A DNA stretch of 64,000 bases from contig CM075981.1 in the NCBI GenBank assembly GCA_038087875.1, forward strand, positions 620,001 to 684,000, read 5' to 3'. Position 1 is the first letter of the stretch. Every line of letters begins with the position of its first letter. The position numbers and the translations under genes were made by a program. The DNA is from Malacoraja senta. Lineage: Eukaryota. Below, one piece after another: positions 37,178 to 51,183 of the stretch. Below the pieces are notes generated by a model. The model was not told the origin of the DNA. It was given only the letters and a program-made list of their open reading frames with translations, and did not search any database.

Positions 37178-39755
37178 ATAACCATATAACCATATAACCA
37201 TTACAGCACGGAAACAGGCCATCTCGGCCCTTCAAGTCCGTGCCGAACTTAAAATTTTATTTTTATTTTATTAAAAAAAAAAAAAATACTTCCCCCTAGT
37301 CCCATCTACCTGCACTCAGACCATAACCCTCCATTCCTTTCCCGTCCATATACCCATCCAATCTATTTTTAAAGGATAAAATCGAACCAGCCTCCACCAC
37401 TTCCACTGGAAGCTCATTCCACACAGCTACCACTCTCTGAGTAAAGACGTTCCCCCTAATGTTACCCCTAAACTTCTGTCCCTTAATTCTCAAGTCATGT
37501 CCCCTTGTTTGAATCTTCCCTACTCTCAATGGAAAAAGCTTATCCACGTCAACTCTGTCTAACCCGCTCATAATTTTAAAGACCTCTATCAAGTCCCCTC
37601 TTAACCTTCTGCGCTCCAAAGAATAAAGACCTAACTTGTTCAACCTTTCTCTGTAACTTAGTTGCTGAAACCCAGGCAACATTCTAGTAAATCTCCTCTG
37701 TACTCTCTCTATTTTGTTGACATCCTTCCTATAATTAGGCGACCAAAATTGTACTCCATACTCCGGAATTGGCCTCACCAATGCCTTGTACAATTTTAAC
37801 ATTACATCCCAACTTCTATATTCAATGCTCTGATTTATAAAGGCCAGCACCCCAAAAGCTTTCTTTACCACCCTATCTACATGAGATTCCACCTTCAGGG
37901 AACTATGCACAGTTATTCCTAGATCCCTCTGTTCAACTGCATTCCTCAATTCTCTACCATTTACCATGTACGTCCTATTTTGATTTGTCCTGCCGAGATG
38001 TAGTACCTCACATTTATCAGCATTAAACTCCATCTGCCATCTTTCAGCCCACTCTTCCAAATGGCCTAAATCTCTCTGTAGACTTTGAAAATCTACTTCA
38101 TTATCCACACCACCTATCTTAGTATCATCTGCATACTTACTAATCCAATTTTCCACACCATCATCCAGATCATTGATGTACATGACAAACAACAGTGGAC
38201 CCAACACAGACCCCTGAGGCACCCCACTAGTCACCGGCCTCCAACCTGACAAACAGCCATCCACCATTACTCTCTGGCATCTCCCATTCAGCCACTGTTG
38301 AATCCATCTTGCTACTCCACCATTAATACCCAACAATTGAATCTTCTTAACCAACCATCCATGAGGAACCTTGTCAAAGGCCTTACTGAAGTCCATATAG
38401 ACAACATCCACTGCTTTACCCTCATCAATTTCCCTGGTAACCTCTTCGAAAAATTCAAGAAGATTAGTCAAACATGACCTTCCAGGCACAAATCCATGTT
38501 GACTGTTCCTAATCAGACCCTGCTTATCCAGATGCTTATATATATATACATATATATATATTATCTTTAAGTATCCTTTAAACAACGGAACAACATGCGC
38601 AGTACGCCAATCCTCCGGCACTATTCCCGTTTCTAATGACATTTGAAATATTTCTGTCATAGCCCCTGCTATTTCTACACTAACTTCCCTCAATGTCCTC
38701 GGGAATATCCTGTCAGGACCTGGAGACTTATCCGTTTTCATCTTTTTCAAAAGTGTCCGCACCTCCTCTTCTTTGAATCTCATAGTTTCCATTGCTACTC
38801 TGCTTGTTTCCCTTACCTCACATAATTCCATATCCTTCTCCTTGGTGAATACCGAAGAAAATAAATTGTTCAGTATCTCCCCCATCTCTTTTGGCTCTGC
38901 AGATAGCTGTCCACTCTGACTCTCTAATGGACCAATTTTATTCCTTGTTCTCCTTTTGCTATTAATATAGCTGTAGAAACCCTTTGGATTTACTTTCACC
39001 TTACTTGCCAAAGCAACATATCTTCTTTTAGCTTTTCTAATTTCTTTCTTAATATTCTTTTTACATTCTTTATACTCCTCAAGCACCTCATTTACTCCAT
39101 GCTGCCTATAATTATTGTACATCTATCTCTTTTTCCGAACCGTGTCCAATTTCCCTTGAAAACCATGGCTCTTTCCAATTTTTACTATTTCCTTTCAACC
39201 GAACAGGTACATAAAGATTCTGTACTCTTAAAATTTCACCTTTAAATGTCCTCCATTTCTCTTCCACATCCTTCCCATAAAACAACATGTCCCAATTCAC
39301 TCCTTTTAAATCCTTTCGCATCTCCTCAAAGTTAGCCTTTCTCCAATCAAAAATCTCAACCCTAGGTCCAGTTCTGACCCTCTCCATAATTATATTGAAA
39401 CTAATGGTATTGTGATCACTGGACCCGAAGTGCTCCCCAACGCTTACCTCCGCCACCTGCCCGGTCTCATTTCCTAACAGGAGGTCCAGCACTGCCCCTT
39501 CTCTAGTAGGCACCTCTATGTATTGCTGCAAAAAAATATCCTGCACACATTTTACAAACTCCAAACCATCCAGCCCTTTTACAGAATGTGTTTCCCAGTC
39601 TATGTGTGGAAAATTGAAATCTCCCACAATCACTACCTTGTGCTTACTACTAATATCTGCTATCTCCTTACATATTTGCTCTTCCAATTCTCGCTCCCCA
39701 TTTGGCAGTCTATAATACACCCCTATAAGTGTTGCTACACCTTTCCCATTTCTCA
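37178..39755 (-). mobile_element. CR1 LINE ORF2 (partial APE endonuclease + RT), one frameshift, 8-bp TSD acactttt
   Basis: ORFs 39112-39759 (VGDFN, LDL, SDH) and 37296-39122 (YADD); TSD at 37170-37177 / 39756-39763; (TTATATGG)n tail. Confidence 0.92.
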
Positions 39756-41204
39756 ACACTTTTCACCCAGAGAGTTGTGTATCTGTGGAGTTCTCCACCA
39801 CAGAAGGCAGTGGAGGCCAATTCACTGGATGTATTCAAGAGAGAGTTAGATTTAGCTCTTAGGGTTAAGGGAATCAGTCGATATGGGGAAAAAACTGGAA
39901 CGGGGTACTGATATCACTGTACCTTAATTGGTACATGTGACAATAAATGTGAACTTGACCTTGATTTTGGATGATCAGCCATGATCATATTGAATGGCGG
40001 TGCTGGCTCAAAGGGCCGAATGGCCTACTCCTGCACCTATTTTCTATGTTTTGATGTTTCTATGTACTGTTCAGTACAAGTATCACTATGCATAAGTATT
40101 TGGATACATCTTAGATAGGCATCTCAGATACAGTGCAAGTGTATAGCACTGGAACACTGAGACAGTGTGCAGAGTTAGCTCCCATACATGCAGGAAAACC
40201 ACAGTGAGGGCATTTTGCGAAAGTGTTGCACTTATAGTGAGGCATTTTAAAAATTTCTTGAAAACATGAAAAACTGTTAAATGCAACTTAATGTATCTGT
40301 TCTCCTTCTGTTAGACGAACAAGAGCAATGAGAATTGCCAGCGGAAATGTGTGTGTTGTTTAAATATTTAATGTTGTTTGGATGGTCAGTAATAAATAAT
40401 TGCATTCAATCAACCCGCCCCCCTCTCCTCACCTGTATCCACCTATCACTCACCACATTTTGTGCCGCCCCCACGTCTCTTCCAGTTTAATAACCAGAGG
40501 CCTTTTCATGGGGCAGTACGGTGGCGCAGCGGTAGAGTTGCTGTTTGGAGGACATTGCAATTGAAACAACTTCTCTTTCCACATGCGTTGTGAAGCTCGA
40601 TTGTACACCGATGGTCTTCTGATGCAGCTGACTCCTTCAGCTATTGATTTTTGTATACATCTCAATACAAGTATAAGATAGGCACATAGATATGCAGGGG
40701 GTGGAGGGATAGTGGACTATGTGCAGGCAGATGAGATCAGATTAACTTTGCCTCATGTTTGGCATGGACAATGTGGGCCGAAGGGCCTGTTCCTATGCTG
40801 TTCTGTGTTCTACGTCCATCCGCAAAACCACCTTCGACAAAGTCGTAAGATCTTGGGCTCAACAGGTATTCAGAGGACAAGTGTACTTTATTGTATGCTT
40901 ACAACATCTCCCATGTCATCTGTAGATGTTTCATTACAAAACATTTGTACATATTTACACAATCTCTCACTTGCGAATCCTGTTCCTCATACACATATTT
41001 GCAAGCCACTTCGCTTCGCGTAAACATTCACAAAATACAGGGAAATTAAAGCAACTGCCTGGAAAGCACGTGGGCCTGTTTCCGTGCTGTATGACTCTAT
41101 GACTTAGCAACAATACTGTCTTTCTTGGTAAACTGGATGGTGGAAAGTCAACCAGAGAGTTTTAACAACAAGCCGGCAGTTTGTGTTCAACAGTACATAT
41201 ACAT

Positions 41205-42010
41205 ATTTATTTATTTTTTATTTTATTTTTTTAAATTTATTTTTATTAGAAGTATTTGCATTACAGTAATCTGCAATAACGTAAATTTATACAGTTCTTG
41301 TACCACTTCTGTTTTTCAACTTTAATAGAAAAAAAGGATAGAAAGAGCTAGCAAAGACAGTCAGTGAGTGAGTGAGAAAGTGGTCCAGGAACACACATGT
41401 GAACCTTAACCACAAGAAGTAGGTAAGAAGAAAAGAAAAAAAAGAGAAAAATAAAATAAAATAGGACAATATGAAAGGGATGTACCTACTTCTTATCTTT
41501 ACTCACCCCTCGCCAGGTCCTAAAACCATTTATTATCATCATTTTGTTGCACCCTATGTTTGTAATGTCGATATATGGAGACCAGATCTTTTGGAATTGG
41601 TCTTGTTTACCTGCTAGGAGGAATCTCATATCTTCTAGATGTAACAATTCCGACATGTTAGAAGTCCACATTTTTATTGTTGGCGTAGGAGCATTTTTCC
41701 AAAATTTCAGTATTAGTTTTTTTGCTGTTATTAAGCCATAACTAAGAAAACTCCTTTGAAACGCAGTCAGCTCCAAACTTGCTTCTATTGTTCCAAAAAT
41801 AATTAGTTCTGCATTCGGTTTCAGTTTTATTTTAAATAATTTAGTGAAAATTTCAAAAATTTCATTCCAAAATTTTTGAATTTTTATACAAAAAACAAAA
41901 GAATGTGCTATAGTTGATTCTTGGACAAGGCATTTATCACAGTTAGCAGAGGTATTTGGGTAATTTATTTATTTTAAAATCACAAATTAATAGCAGTTCA
42001 AATTTCACAG
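41205..42010 (-). mobile_element. L1-clade LINE 3' fragment
   Basis: AKKLILKFWKNAPTPTIKMW...KIWSPY resembles fish L1 ORF2 C-termini; A-rich tail near 41205-41240. Confidence 0.8.
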
Positions 42011-42863
42011 CTGTTCTAATTAAGGCAAAAGAAAAATGGTGGAAAATCTCAACATGTTCGGCGGCATTTGTGGAAAGCGGAACGGAGTGATGAATCCCTG
42101 GAATAACCTGCTACTGGGAGGTTATGGAGGCTGGATCATTAGGGGTATTTAAAGAGGAGTTTGAACGGGCAGAGAGTCGAGGGCATTGAGGAACTGGCAT
42201 TGGAGAGGAGATGAGGTTGGAGGCAGATCAGCCATGATTGTGTTGAATGGCGGAATTGGCTTGAAGGGCTGAATGGCCTATTTCTGCTCTTATTTTCTTA
42301 CGTTGAATACCAACTCTAAGAGACATACAGCATGAACCAGGCCATTTGGCCCAATTTGTCCTTGCCAACCCATCTATGATAGTCTCACCTTCCTGCTTTT
42401 GGCCCATATCCCTCTAAACCTTTCCTATCCATGTACCTGTACAAAAGTATTTTAAATGTTGTTATAGTACCTGCCTGAACTACCTCCTCTAGCAGCTTGT
42501 TCCTTACACCCACCACCCTCCGAGTGAAAAAGTTGAACCTCGGGTTCCTACTAAATCTTTCCCCTCTCACCTTGAGGTCATCGTACTATCATGTTGTCTC
42601 TGTTTCTATCTCCACAGTTGCTGCCTGACCTGCCGAGTGTTTTCGCATTTTTTCATTTTCAGCACGGATATTGTGGGCCGAAGGGCCTGTTGTACTTATC
42701 TATGTTCTATCTTTATCAGATTCCCAAAATCTGCAGTTATCTTGATGACCATGCACTGTTCTTGGTGAGATCTGAACGCAAATGTCTGGATTTGTGGGTA
42801 AGCAAAGACAATTTTACCAGACTGTCCGTTTCCAATGTTTTTTGGTGTTCTCCGGTGCTTGAA

Positions 42864-43019
42864 TTAATTTTTATCAGTGAGAATTGTTGCGTACACAATT
42901 TCTGCGGCACCTTGCCTCTTGGCTTGTCCTTGTGTGTTCAGATCCTGAAAGTTCATGTAAGTATTCTCCGTGCTAGCTGGAGAACGGGTTGTCACGGTGG
43001 TATAAATGACAGGGGTTTC
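42864..43019 (-). CDS. Gene B terminal exon with ITIM-like motifs (VIYTTV, TYMNF, IVYATI)
   Basis: tttctcacttgactccaaag|GAA; phase 0; 51 aa then TAA. Confidence 0.8.
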   Translation of the reverse strand, partial: ETPVIYTTVTTRSPASTENTYMNFQDLNTQGQAKRQGAAEIVYATILTDKN

Positions 43020-43419
43020 CTTTGGAGTCAAGTGAGAAACATAATTACTTAAAGATAGTGTCAGAAGGTGGACAAAAATGCTGGAGAAACTCAGCGGGTG
43101 AGGCAGCATCTATGGAGCGAAGGAGTAGGTGACGTTTCGTGTCGAGACCCTTCTTCAGACTGATGTCAGGGGAGTGGGCGGTACAGAGATAAAATGTAGT
43201 CGGAGACAGTAAGACTGGTGGGAGAACTGGGAAGGGAGAAGGGACGGAGAGAGAGGGAAAGCAAGGGCTGCTTTGACATTTCCAACACGAAACGTCACCT
43301 ATTTCCTTCAGTCCATAGATGCTGCCTCACCCACTGAGTTTCTCCAGCATTTTTGTCTACCTTCGATTTTTCCAGCATCTGCAGCTTTCTCAAATGTAGT
43401 GTCAGCAGTGTTTCATTGT

Positions 43420-43636
43420 NNNNNNNNNNNNNNNNNNNNNNNNNNNNNNNNNNNNNNNNNNNNNNNNNNNNNNNNNNNNNNNNNNNNNNNNNNNNNNNNN
43501 NNNNNNNNNNNNNNNNNNNNNNNNNNNNNNNNNNNNNNNNNNNNNNNNNNNNNNNNNNNNNNNNNNNNNNNNNNNNNNNNNNNNNNNNNNNNNNNNNNNN
43601 NNNNNNNNNNNNNNNNNNNNNNNNNNNNNNNNNNNN
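43420..43636. other. Assembly gap (217 N) inside the last intron of gene B
   Basis: Run of Ns. Confidence 0.99.
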
Positions 43637-44792
43637 GTTAAAACCAATGCCCCCAAGACTAATTAGTTTGGACCATATTTGAGCTTGTTTTGTTTAATAG
43701 CCTGATGGCTGTAGGGATGAAGCTGTTCCTGAACGTGGATGTCACAGTTTTTGGTCTCCTGTACCTTCTTCCCGATGGCAGAGGTGAAATGAGAGCGCGG
43801 CCAGGGTGGTGTGGGTCTCTGATGATGCTGGCTGCCTTTTTGAGGACAGCTTACACAAAATGCTGGAGTAACCAGCGGGTCATGCACCATCTCTGGAGAA
43901 AAGGAATAGGTGGCATTTTGGGTCAAGACCCTTCTTCAGACCTAAACATAATTACTTAGTTTAGTTTAGTTTAGAGATGCTGAATGGAAACAGACCCCTT
44001 GACCCACCAAGCCCACGCTGACCATCGATCACCCGTTAACATTTGTTCCATGTTGTCCCACTTTTGCATCCTACACACTGGGGGCAATTTACAGAAGCCA
44101 ATTAACCTACAAACCTGCACATCATTGGAATGTGGGAGCGAACCGGATCACCCAGAGAAAACCCGGGCGGTCACAGGGAGAACGCACAAACACTGCACAG
44201 ACAACATCCGAGGTCAGGATCGAACTCGGGTCTCTGGCGCTGTGAGGCAGTAACTCTACCGCTGTGCCACTGTGCTGCCCACTGACAACAGGAGTGAACT
44301 CAGTAGTGACCATTAATGGCAACAAAGGAAGTGAAAGGATGGGCAGAGTGGCACAGCTGGTAGACCTACTGCCTCACAGCGACCATCGATCAACTGTCCA
44401 CCTTAGATCTATGTTATCCAACTTTCTCATCCACTCCCTACCCACTGGGGGAAATTTATGGAGGGCAATTCACTTACAAACCCGCCCGTCTTTGGGATGT
44501 GGGAGGAAACCGGAGCATCCAGACGAAACCCAGGTGGTCACAGGAAGAACCTGCAAACTCCACACAGACAGCACCCATGTTCAGAATGGAACTCAGATGT
44601 TGTGCTTTGCGTTTGTGCCTGGCCTCACCAAGGCAGTGGAGAAGGCTAAGGATGGGCACTCGATCATTGAGGTGCCATGTTATGCGCGGTCAAGTGATCG
44701 ATATGTCATGTGATGTGCGACCCTTCAGGGGTGACCTCCAGTAAGGTTGTTTTATTTCCCTGGGGCTACAACATGCTGCGGCATTGCCTTAC

Positions 44793-44845
44793 CTTGAAAC
44801 TTCCTGCTGGATTTTCCTGACTTATCATTCTCTGTCCATTTGAGC
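44793..44845 (-). CDS. Gene B cytoplasmic exon GSNGQRMISQENPAGSFK
   Basis: atatttttcag|GC...AAG|gtaagg; 53 bp, phase 1/0. Confidence 0.7.
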
Positions 44846-45809
44846 CTGAAAAATATAATGATAATTAATTCTTATATGGACTTCATTGAAGTCAAACACG
44901 CAAAGGATAATGTTGCATTTTATCCATTGATGTCACACTTGATTCCCTTTCATGAAACTTAGTTTAGAAATACAATATGTAAACGGGCCCTTCGGCCCAC
45001 CGACCACTGATCACCCGTTCACATTAGTTCTCCCAGAGACACACTTTTCGCCCAGAGAGTTGTGAATCTGTGGAATCTTCACCCAGAGAGTTGTGAATCT
45101 GTGGAATTCTCTGCCACCGCGAGCAGTGGGGCAATTTATAGAGGCTAATTAACCTACTAACCTGCACGTCTTTGGGATGGGTCATACAGTGTGAAAACAG
45201 GCCTTCGGCCCAACTTGGCCACGCCGACCAACATGCCCCCCATCTACATGAGTCCCACCTGCCTGCATTTGGCCCATATCCTTCTAAACCTGTCCTATCC
45301 ATGTACTTGTCCCAATGTGGGATGTGGAAGGAAACCGGAGCACCTGGAGGAAACCCATGCGGTCAATAGGGAGAACGTGCAAACTCCACGCAGGCAACAC
45401 CCGAGGTCAGTATTGAACTCTGGACTCTGGTGCTGTGAGGTAGCAGCTCTACCTGTTGCGCCACTGCACTACCCTTTATAAAAATTACAACGACTTGATG
45501 GAAATTTACTGCATCAGTAGGTGTGAAGTAGGATATTGTATTTATGTAGCATTTTATGAAAGCTTCAGGAAGTTGCATTGGATTATGAAATACTTGCTTC
45601 ATGACACAGTCTACTGTAGAACAATGTTAAATCTCATGGGAAACCTCATTATGACCTGGCAGGTAACTTATTTACCATTTCTTGGATATGGTAAAGTTTA
45701 GTTTAGTTTTGAGATACAGCGTGGAAACAGGCCCTTCGGCCCACCGAGTCCGCACCGACCAGCGATCCCCACACAATAACGCTATCCTACATTAGGGACA
45801 ATTTTTACA

Positions 45810-47910
45810 TGGAGAAATAGAAATTAAGTGCAGGAGTAGGCAATTTGGCCCTTTGAGCCAGCACCACCATTCAATATGATCATGGCTGATCATGCAAAAT
45901 CAGTAACCCGCTCTGGCTTTTCCCCCATATTCCTTGAATCCCTTAGCCCTAAGAGCTAAATCGAACTTTCTCTTGAAAACATCCAGTGAATTGGCCTCCA
46001 CTGCCTTCTGTGGCAAAGTATTCCACAGACTCACAACTCTCTGGGTGTTAAAGGTTTTCCTCATCTCAGTCCTAAATGGCCTACCCCTTATTCTTAAACA
46101 GTGACCCCTGGTTCTGGACTCCCCCAACATCGGGAATTTTTTTCCTGTATCTAACCTGTCTTCTAAGAATTTTATATGTCTATAAGATCCCCTCTCATCC
46201 TTCTAAATACCAGCGAATACAAGTCCAGTCGACACATTCTATCATCATATGTCAGTCCCGTCATCCCGGGAATTAACCTGGTGAACCTATGCTGCACTCC
46301 CTCAATAGCAATAATGACCTTCCTCAAATAGGAGACCAAAATTGTACACAATACTCCAGGAGTTGTCTCACAGGGGCCCTGCACAACTGCAGTAGGACTT
46401 CCTTGCTCCCAAACTCAAATCCTCTTGCAATAAAGGCCAACATGCCATTGGCTTTCTTCACTGCCTGCTGTACCAGCATGCTTACTTTCAGTGACTGATG
46501 AACAAGCACACCCAGGTCTTGTTGCACCTCCCCTTCTCCTAATCTGACACCATTCAGATAATAATCTGTCTTCCTGTTCTTGCCACCAAAGTGGATAACC
46601 TCACATTTATCCACATTATACTCTATCTGTCATGCTTCTGCCCACTCAGCCAACCTATCCAAGTCACCCTGCAGCCTCATAGCATCCTCCTTGCTGCTCA
46701 CACAACCATCCAACTTTGTGTCATCTGCAAACTTAGAGATGTCACATTTAATTCCCTCGTCTAAATCGTAAATATATATTGTATATAACTGGGGTCCCAG
46801 CACCGAGCCTGGCGGCACCCCACTAGTCACTGCCTGCCAATCTGAAAAGGACCCATTAATTCCTACTCTTTGCTTCCTGTCTGCTGACCAGTTCTCTATC
46901 CATGTCAATACCATACCCCCAATACAATGTGCTCTAATTTTGCACACTAATCTCCTGTGTGAGACCTTGTCAAAGGCTTTTTGAAAGATACACCACATCC
47001 ACTGGTTCTTCCTTATCCATTCTACTTGTTACATCCTCAAAAAATTCCAAAAGATTAGTAATGCATGATTTCCTCTTCATAAATCCATGCTGACTTTGAC
47101 CGATCTTGTCACTGCATTCCAAATGCGTTGATATAACATCTTTCATTATCAATTCCAGCATCTTCCCCACTACCGATGTAAGGCTAACTGGACTATAATT
47201 CTCTGTTTTGTCTCTGCTTCCTTTCTTAAAAAGTGGAGTTACATTGGCTACCCTGCAGTTTACAGGAACTGATCCGAGTGGAGAGAACATTGCAAAATTA
47301 TCACCAATGCATCCACGATTTCTTGGGCCACCTCCTTGAGTACTCAGGGATGCAGACCATCAGGCCCTGGGGATTTATCTGTCCCAACAGTTTACCTAAC
47401 ACCATTTTCTGACTAATGTGGACTCCCTTCATTTCTTCCCTCCCACTAGATCCTCGGTCCCTAGTATTTCCGGGAGATTGTTTGTATCTTCCTTAGTGAA
47501 GACAAAACAAAGTACCTGTTTAACTGTTCTGTCATTCACTTGTTTCCCATTATAAATACCTGTCTCTGACTGTAAGGGGCCTACATTCGTCTTCACTAAT
47601 CTTTTCCTTTTTACATACCTAAAGAAACTTTTACAATCAGTTTTTATATTCCCCGCAATCTTTCTTTCATGCTCTTCCCCCCCCCCCCCCCCCCCCCCCT
47701 TGTCCTCCTCTGTTCTAAATTTCTCCCAGTCCTCTGGTTTGCTACTTCTTCTGGCCAATTTGTATGCCTCTTCCTTAGATTTAACACTATCCTTGACTTC
47801 CCTCGTCAGCCACGGTTGAGCCACCTTTCCCAGTTTTATTTATTCGCCAGACGGGGATGAACAATTTCTGGAGTTCATCCTAGCGGTCTTTAAATCTTTG
47901 CCATTGCATC
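45810..47910 (-). mobile_element. Degraded CR1 LINE
   Basis: Fragmented RT ORFs (46970-47290, 46630-46998, 46324-46614) and a CR1 3' UTR. Confidence 0.9.
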
Positions 47911-48814
47911 TCTACTGTCAAGTATAGTTTGCCAATCTATCCTAGCCAATTCAGTCTGAAGAAGGGTTTCGGCCCGAAACGTTGCCTATTTCCTTCCAGT
48001 GTTGTATGTCTCTATGACTTCATGATTCAGCAAAGTTGTCACCAGTCATCTCTCCTGCCTTCCTCCTGCAATCTTACATCCATTGCTTCTGGACATTTCC
48101 AAGGGTTCTACTTCAAAACAGCTTTACAATTTCCGGATAATTTCACTGCATGGAGATTCAGAGGTTTCATGTGTCATCACTAAGCTAAATAACAGGACGT
48201 CGATGTCTGAACCTGTTGGGAAATATGTTCCATTCATCTCCACAATTCCATTTTATTCGCCCCATCTTCCTGTCAATTCACCCCAGATTTGCCCACTCTC
48301 ATAACAGGGATCAAACCGACAGAGGAAGTGGTAAAGGCAAGTTCAATTCCATCATTTAAAAGACATTGGAGAGATACATGGAGAAGAAAACTTTAAGAGT
48401 GATGTGGGACAAGCACAGGTAAGTGGGACTAGCGTAGGGAAGCACCTTGGGCGTCAGTCAGGACGAGTTGGGCCAAAGGGCCTGTCTCTCTGGTGTAAAC
48501 CCACCCGCTCACAGGGAGAACGTGCAAACTCCATACAGACAGCACCATTAGTCAGGATCGAACCCGGGTTTCTTACGTTGTAAGGCAGCAACTCTCCTGC
48601 TTTGCCACTGTGCTGCCCTGAAATGTCACCTGTCCATGTTCTCCAGAGATGCTGCCTGACCCGCTGAATTACTCCGGCACTTGGTATCTTTCCCTGCTGT
48701 TATACGCTAGGTGAATGGTCTGAGTTTGTGAAAGGCACCTCAGATAGAAATGCCAAATCTTTGTTAATCAACAAGAGTGCCCCTTGATATTTACGTACAT
48801 TCAACGGAACTTAC

Positions 48815-48930
48815 CAGTTTTCTTTTTCTGCCTCATTTTTACACATAGGATAATGGCAGCAATGAACAGAAGAAAGACAATTGTCAAGGCAATCGGTAGA
48901 ACAACCTGCCATGAAAATGTAACTGCCTCC
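48815..48930 (-). CDS. Gene B transmembrane exon REAVTFSWQVVLPIALTIVFLLFIAAIILCVKMRQKKKT
   Basis: tattttgcag|G...G|gtaagt; 116 bp, phase 2/1, same length and phase as gene A's TM exon. Confidence 0.88.
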
Positions 48931-49175
48931 CTGCAAAATACAAGAAAAAACAATGACGAGCTCATGGTAATAGGAATGATTCCTTCCCCAGTAACAAACC
49001 ATGCGTTTCGATCCGGAAAGTTAAAATGTGGAAATATACTTGAATGCAGTGCAGGTTAAATTCTATAATATTATGAATAATTCTATTGGTATTTAAGGAA
49101 CTATAAAGTAGTTTAGAGATATGACATGGGAACAGGCCCTTTGGCCCATTGAGACCATGCCGACCATTTAGGGAC

Positions 49176-49480
49176 GGCACGGTGGCGCAGTGGTAGAGTT
49201 GCTGCCTCACAGCGCAGGAGACCCGGGTTCGATCCTGACTACCGGTGCTGTCTGTACAGAGTTTGTACGTTCTCCCTGTGATCACAAAAGTTTTTTCCAG
49301 GTTCTCCGGTTTCCTCCCACATTCCAAAGACGTGCGGGTTTGTAAGCTAATTGGCTTCTGTAAATTGTCCCTAGTGTGTAGAACAGAACTGGAGTCTGGG
49401 GTGATCGCTGCTCAGGGCGGACTCGGTGGGCCAAAGGGCCCATTTTCACGCTGTATATTTAAACTGAGCTGAACTGAACT
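49176..49480 (+). mobile_element. Full-length V-SINE
   Basis: Same head/core/tail structure. Confidence 0.85.
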
Positions 49481-49530
49481 TAACTAATTTGTTCTCAGGT
49501 GAGGCTGAGTTGCCTCTTCGAGTTACTAAC

Positions 49531-49687
49531 CTGTTTGGAAGTGTTGAACCAGGAGCCTCAGTGGAACTTGCTTCCTTGGTGGTTGGTGCATCTTGAGGCG
49601 TGGTGGTCAGAGTGGTTGTGGTGGAAGCCCTTGTGCTTATTATTGTAGAGGTGGTGGTGATCATGTCTGGGCGGCTTGTTTGAGACC
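49531..49687 (-). CDS. Gene B Thr/Ser-rich mucin-like stalk exon
   Basis: ctccacaag|GG TCT...AAC AG|gttagt; 157 bp, phase 1/2; ITTTSTIISTRASTTTTLTTTP. Confidence 0.85.
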
Positions 49688-51183
49688 CTTGTGGAGATAA
49701 AGAAAATTAAGTTTTTAAATACTAAATGCCTGAAAGCACGTTCTGTGCCACTTTAGTGAGGTGTGGGAGATGCTCCAGTTGGGAGCGCTCTGGCTCTGTG
49801 TGGGGAGATTCTTGGTTTGAATCCCACTGCACACATTTGGGCAAAGCTCATTCTGAGGCCACCATAGATGGACCAAGCCTCTTGATCTAGACAGGAGGCT
49901 CACCCATTAAGATGCCACCAGATGGTCGCAAGCATTCAGAGACTTCTTTCACGCCCATCAGAGTCCCACAGGCTGTGTTATCTGCCTGCTGCTGGAGTTA
50001 GGCACGTGTCTTCTACGTTGGAGAAGAACTTGGGAGCGGGAGGATCCATGGACTATTTGCGTTACGCAGACTGAATTGGAAATAATGCAATTTGGTTGGA
50101 GGTATCTAACTGAAACATTAACTCTCATTCTCTCTCCACAGAAGCTGCCGATCCCGTTGAGTATCTCATCTTGTACAGTTTGTGTGACTCAGTGTAAAGT
50201 CTATATCACTCAGCTCATGCGGGTTCTTCGTTCATAAGTTATAGAGGCAGATTTAGGCCATTGGCCCATTGAGCGCCATTCAATCATGGCTGATCTATCT
50301 CTCCCTCTCAACCCCATTCTCCTGCCTTCTCCCCATATTGCTTGACACCCGTACTAATCAATAACCTGTCAATCTCCACCTTAAAAATACCCAATGACTT
50401 GGGCCTCATTGGAAACATGGTAAAAGCTTTTTCCTGTACCTCAACGGACAATAGACAATAGGTACAGGAGTAGGCCATTCGGCCATTCGTGCCAGCACCG
50501 CCATTCAATGTGATCATGGCTGATCATCCCCAATCAGTACCCCGTTCCTGCCTACTCCCCATATCCCCTGACTCCGCTATCGTTAAGAGCCCTATCTAGC
50601 TCTCTCTCGAAAGTATCCATTATTATATTTGTCACCTCAGTACAGGTGACAACAATAAACTCAGCTCATGGCTCACTAATGTTTGTGAGACACAAGGAAT
50701 TGCAGGTGCTGGAATCTTGAGCAAAACACAAAGTGCTGGAGTAACTCAGCAGGTCAGGCAGCATCTGTGGAAGGAATGAACTGACGATGTATAGGGTTGG
50801 GATCCTTCTTCAGATGTTGTGTGTGTGGTGGGTGTAACAGTGACGGGCAGGGGGAGAGGGTGAGGGGGCGCCCCCCCCTGCCCCAGTGAGGGGCACCAGA
50901 GGAGAGGTTCTGGTCCCGGAGAGATCGTCTTTGGGGAAATGAGCCGCCAGCAGCAGAACCGCCGGTCCCCATTGATGAGCTCACCCCCCTCCCCCACACA
51001 CTGCTCCTGGGACAGTGAGATCGTGGTGTGGCCCCATGCAGCGGGTCCCCCCTACCCCCCTCACCTCCCCCCAACTCCACCCCCCCCACAGACCCCCGGG
51101 GATGTCACCATCAGGACCGAGGCCGGGAATTCCCAGGCTGGAATTTTCACATCTGGGAGAGTGAGGAGAGATCATCAACGTAC

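Noticed and set aside
48127-48212. Alternative terminal exon of gene B (GSDIDVLLFSL...RKL*)
   Set aside because: It has a phase-compatible acceptor (cccaacag|GT) but no motif or paralog support. The 44793-44845 and 42864-43019 path matches gene A better.
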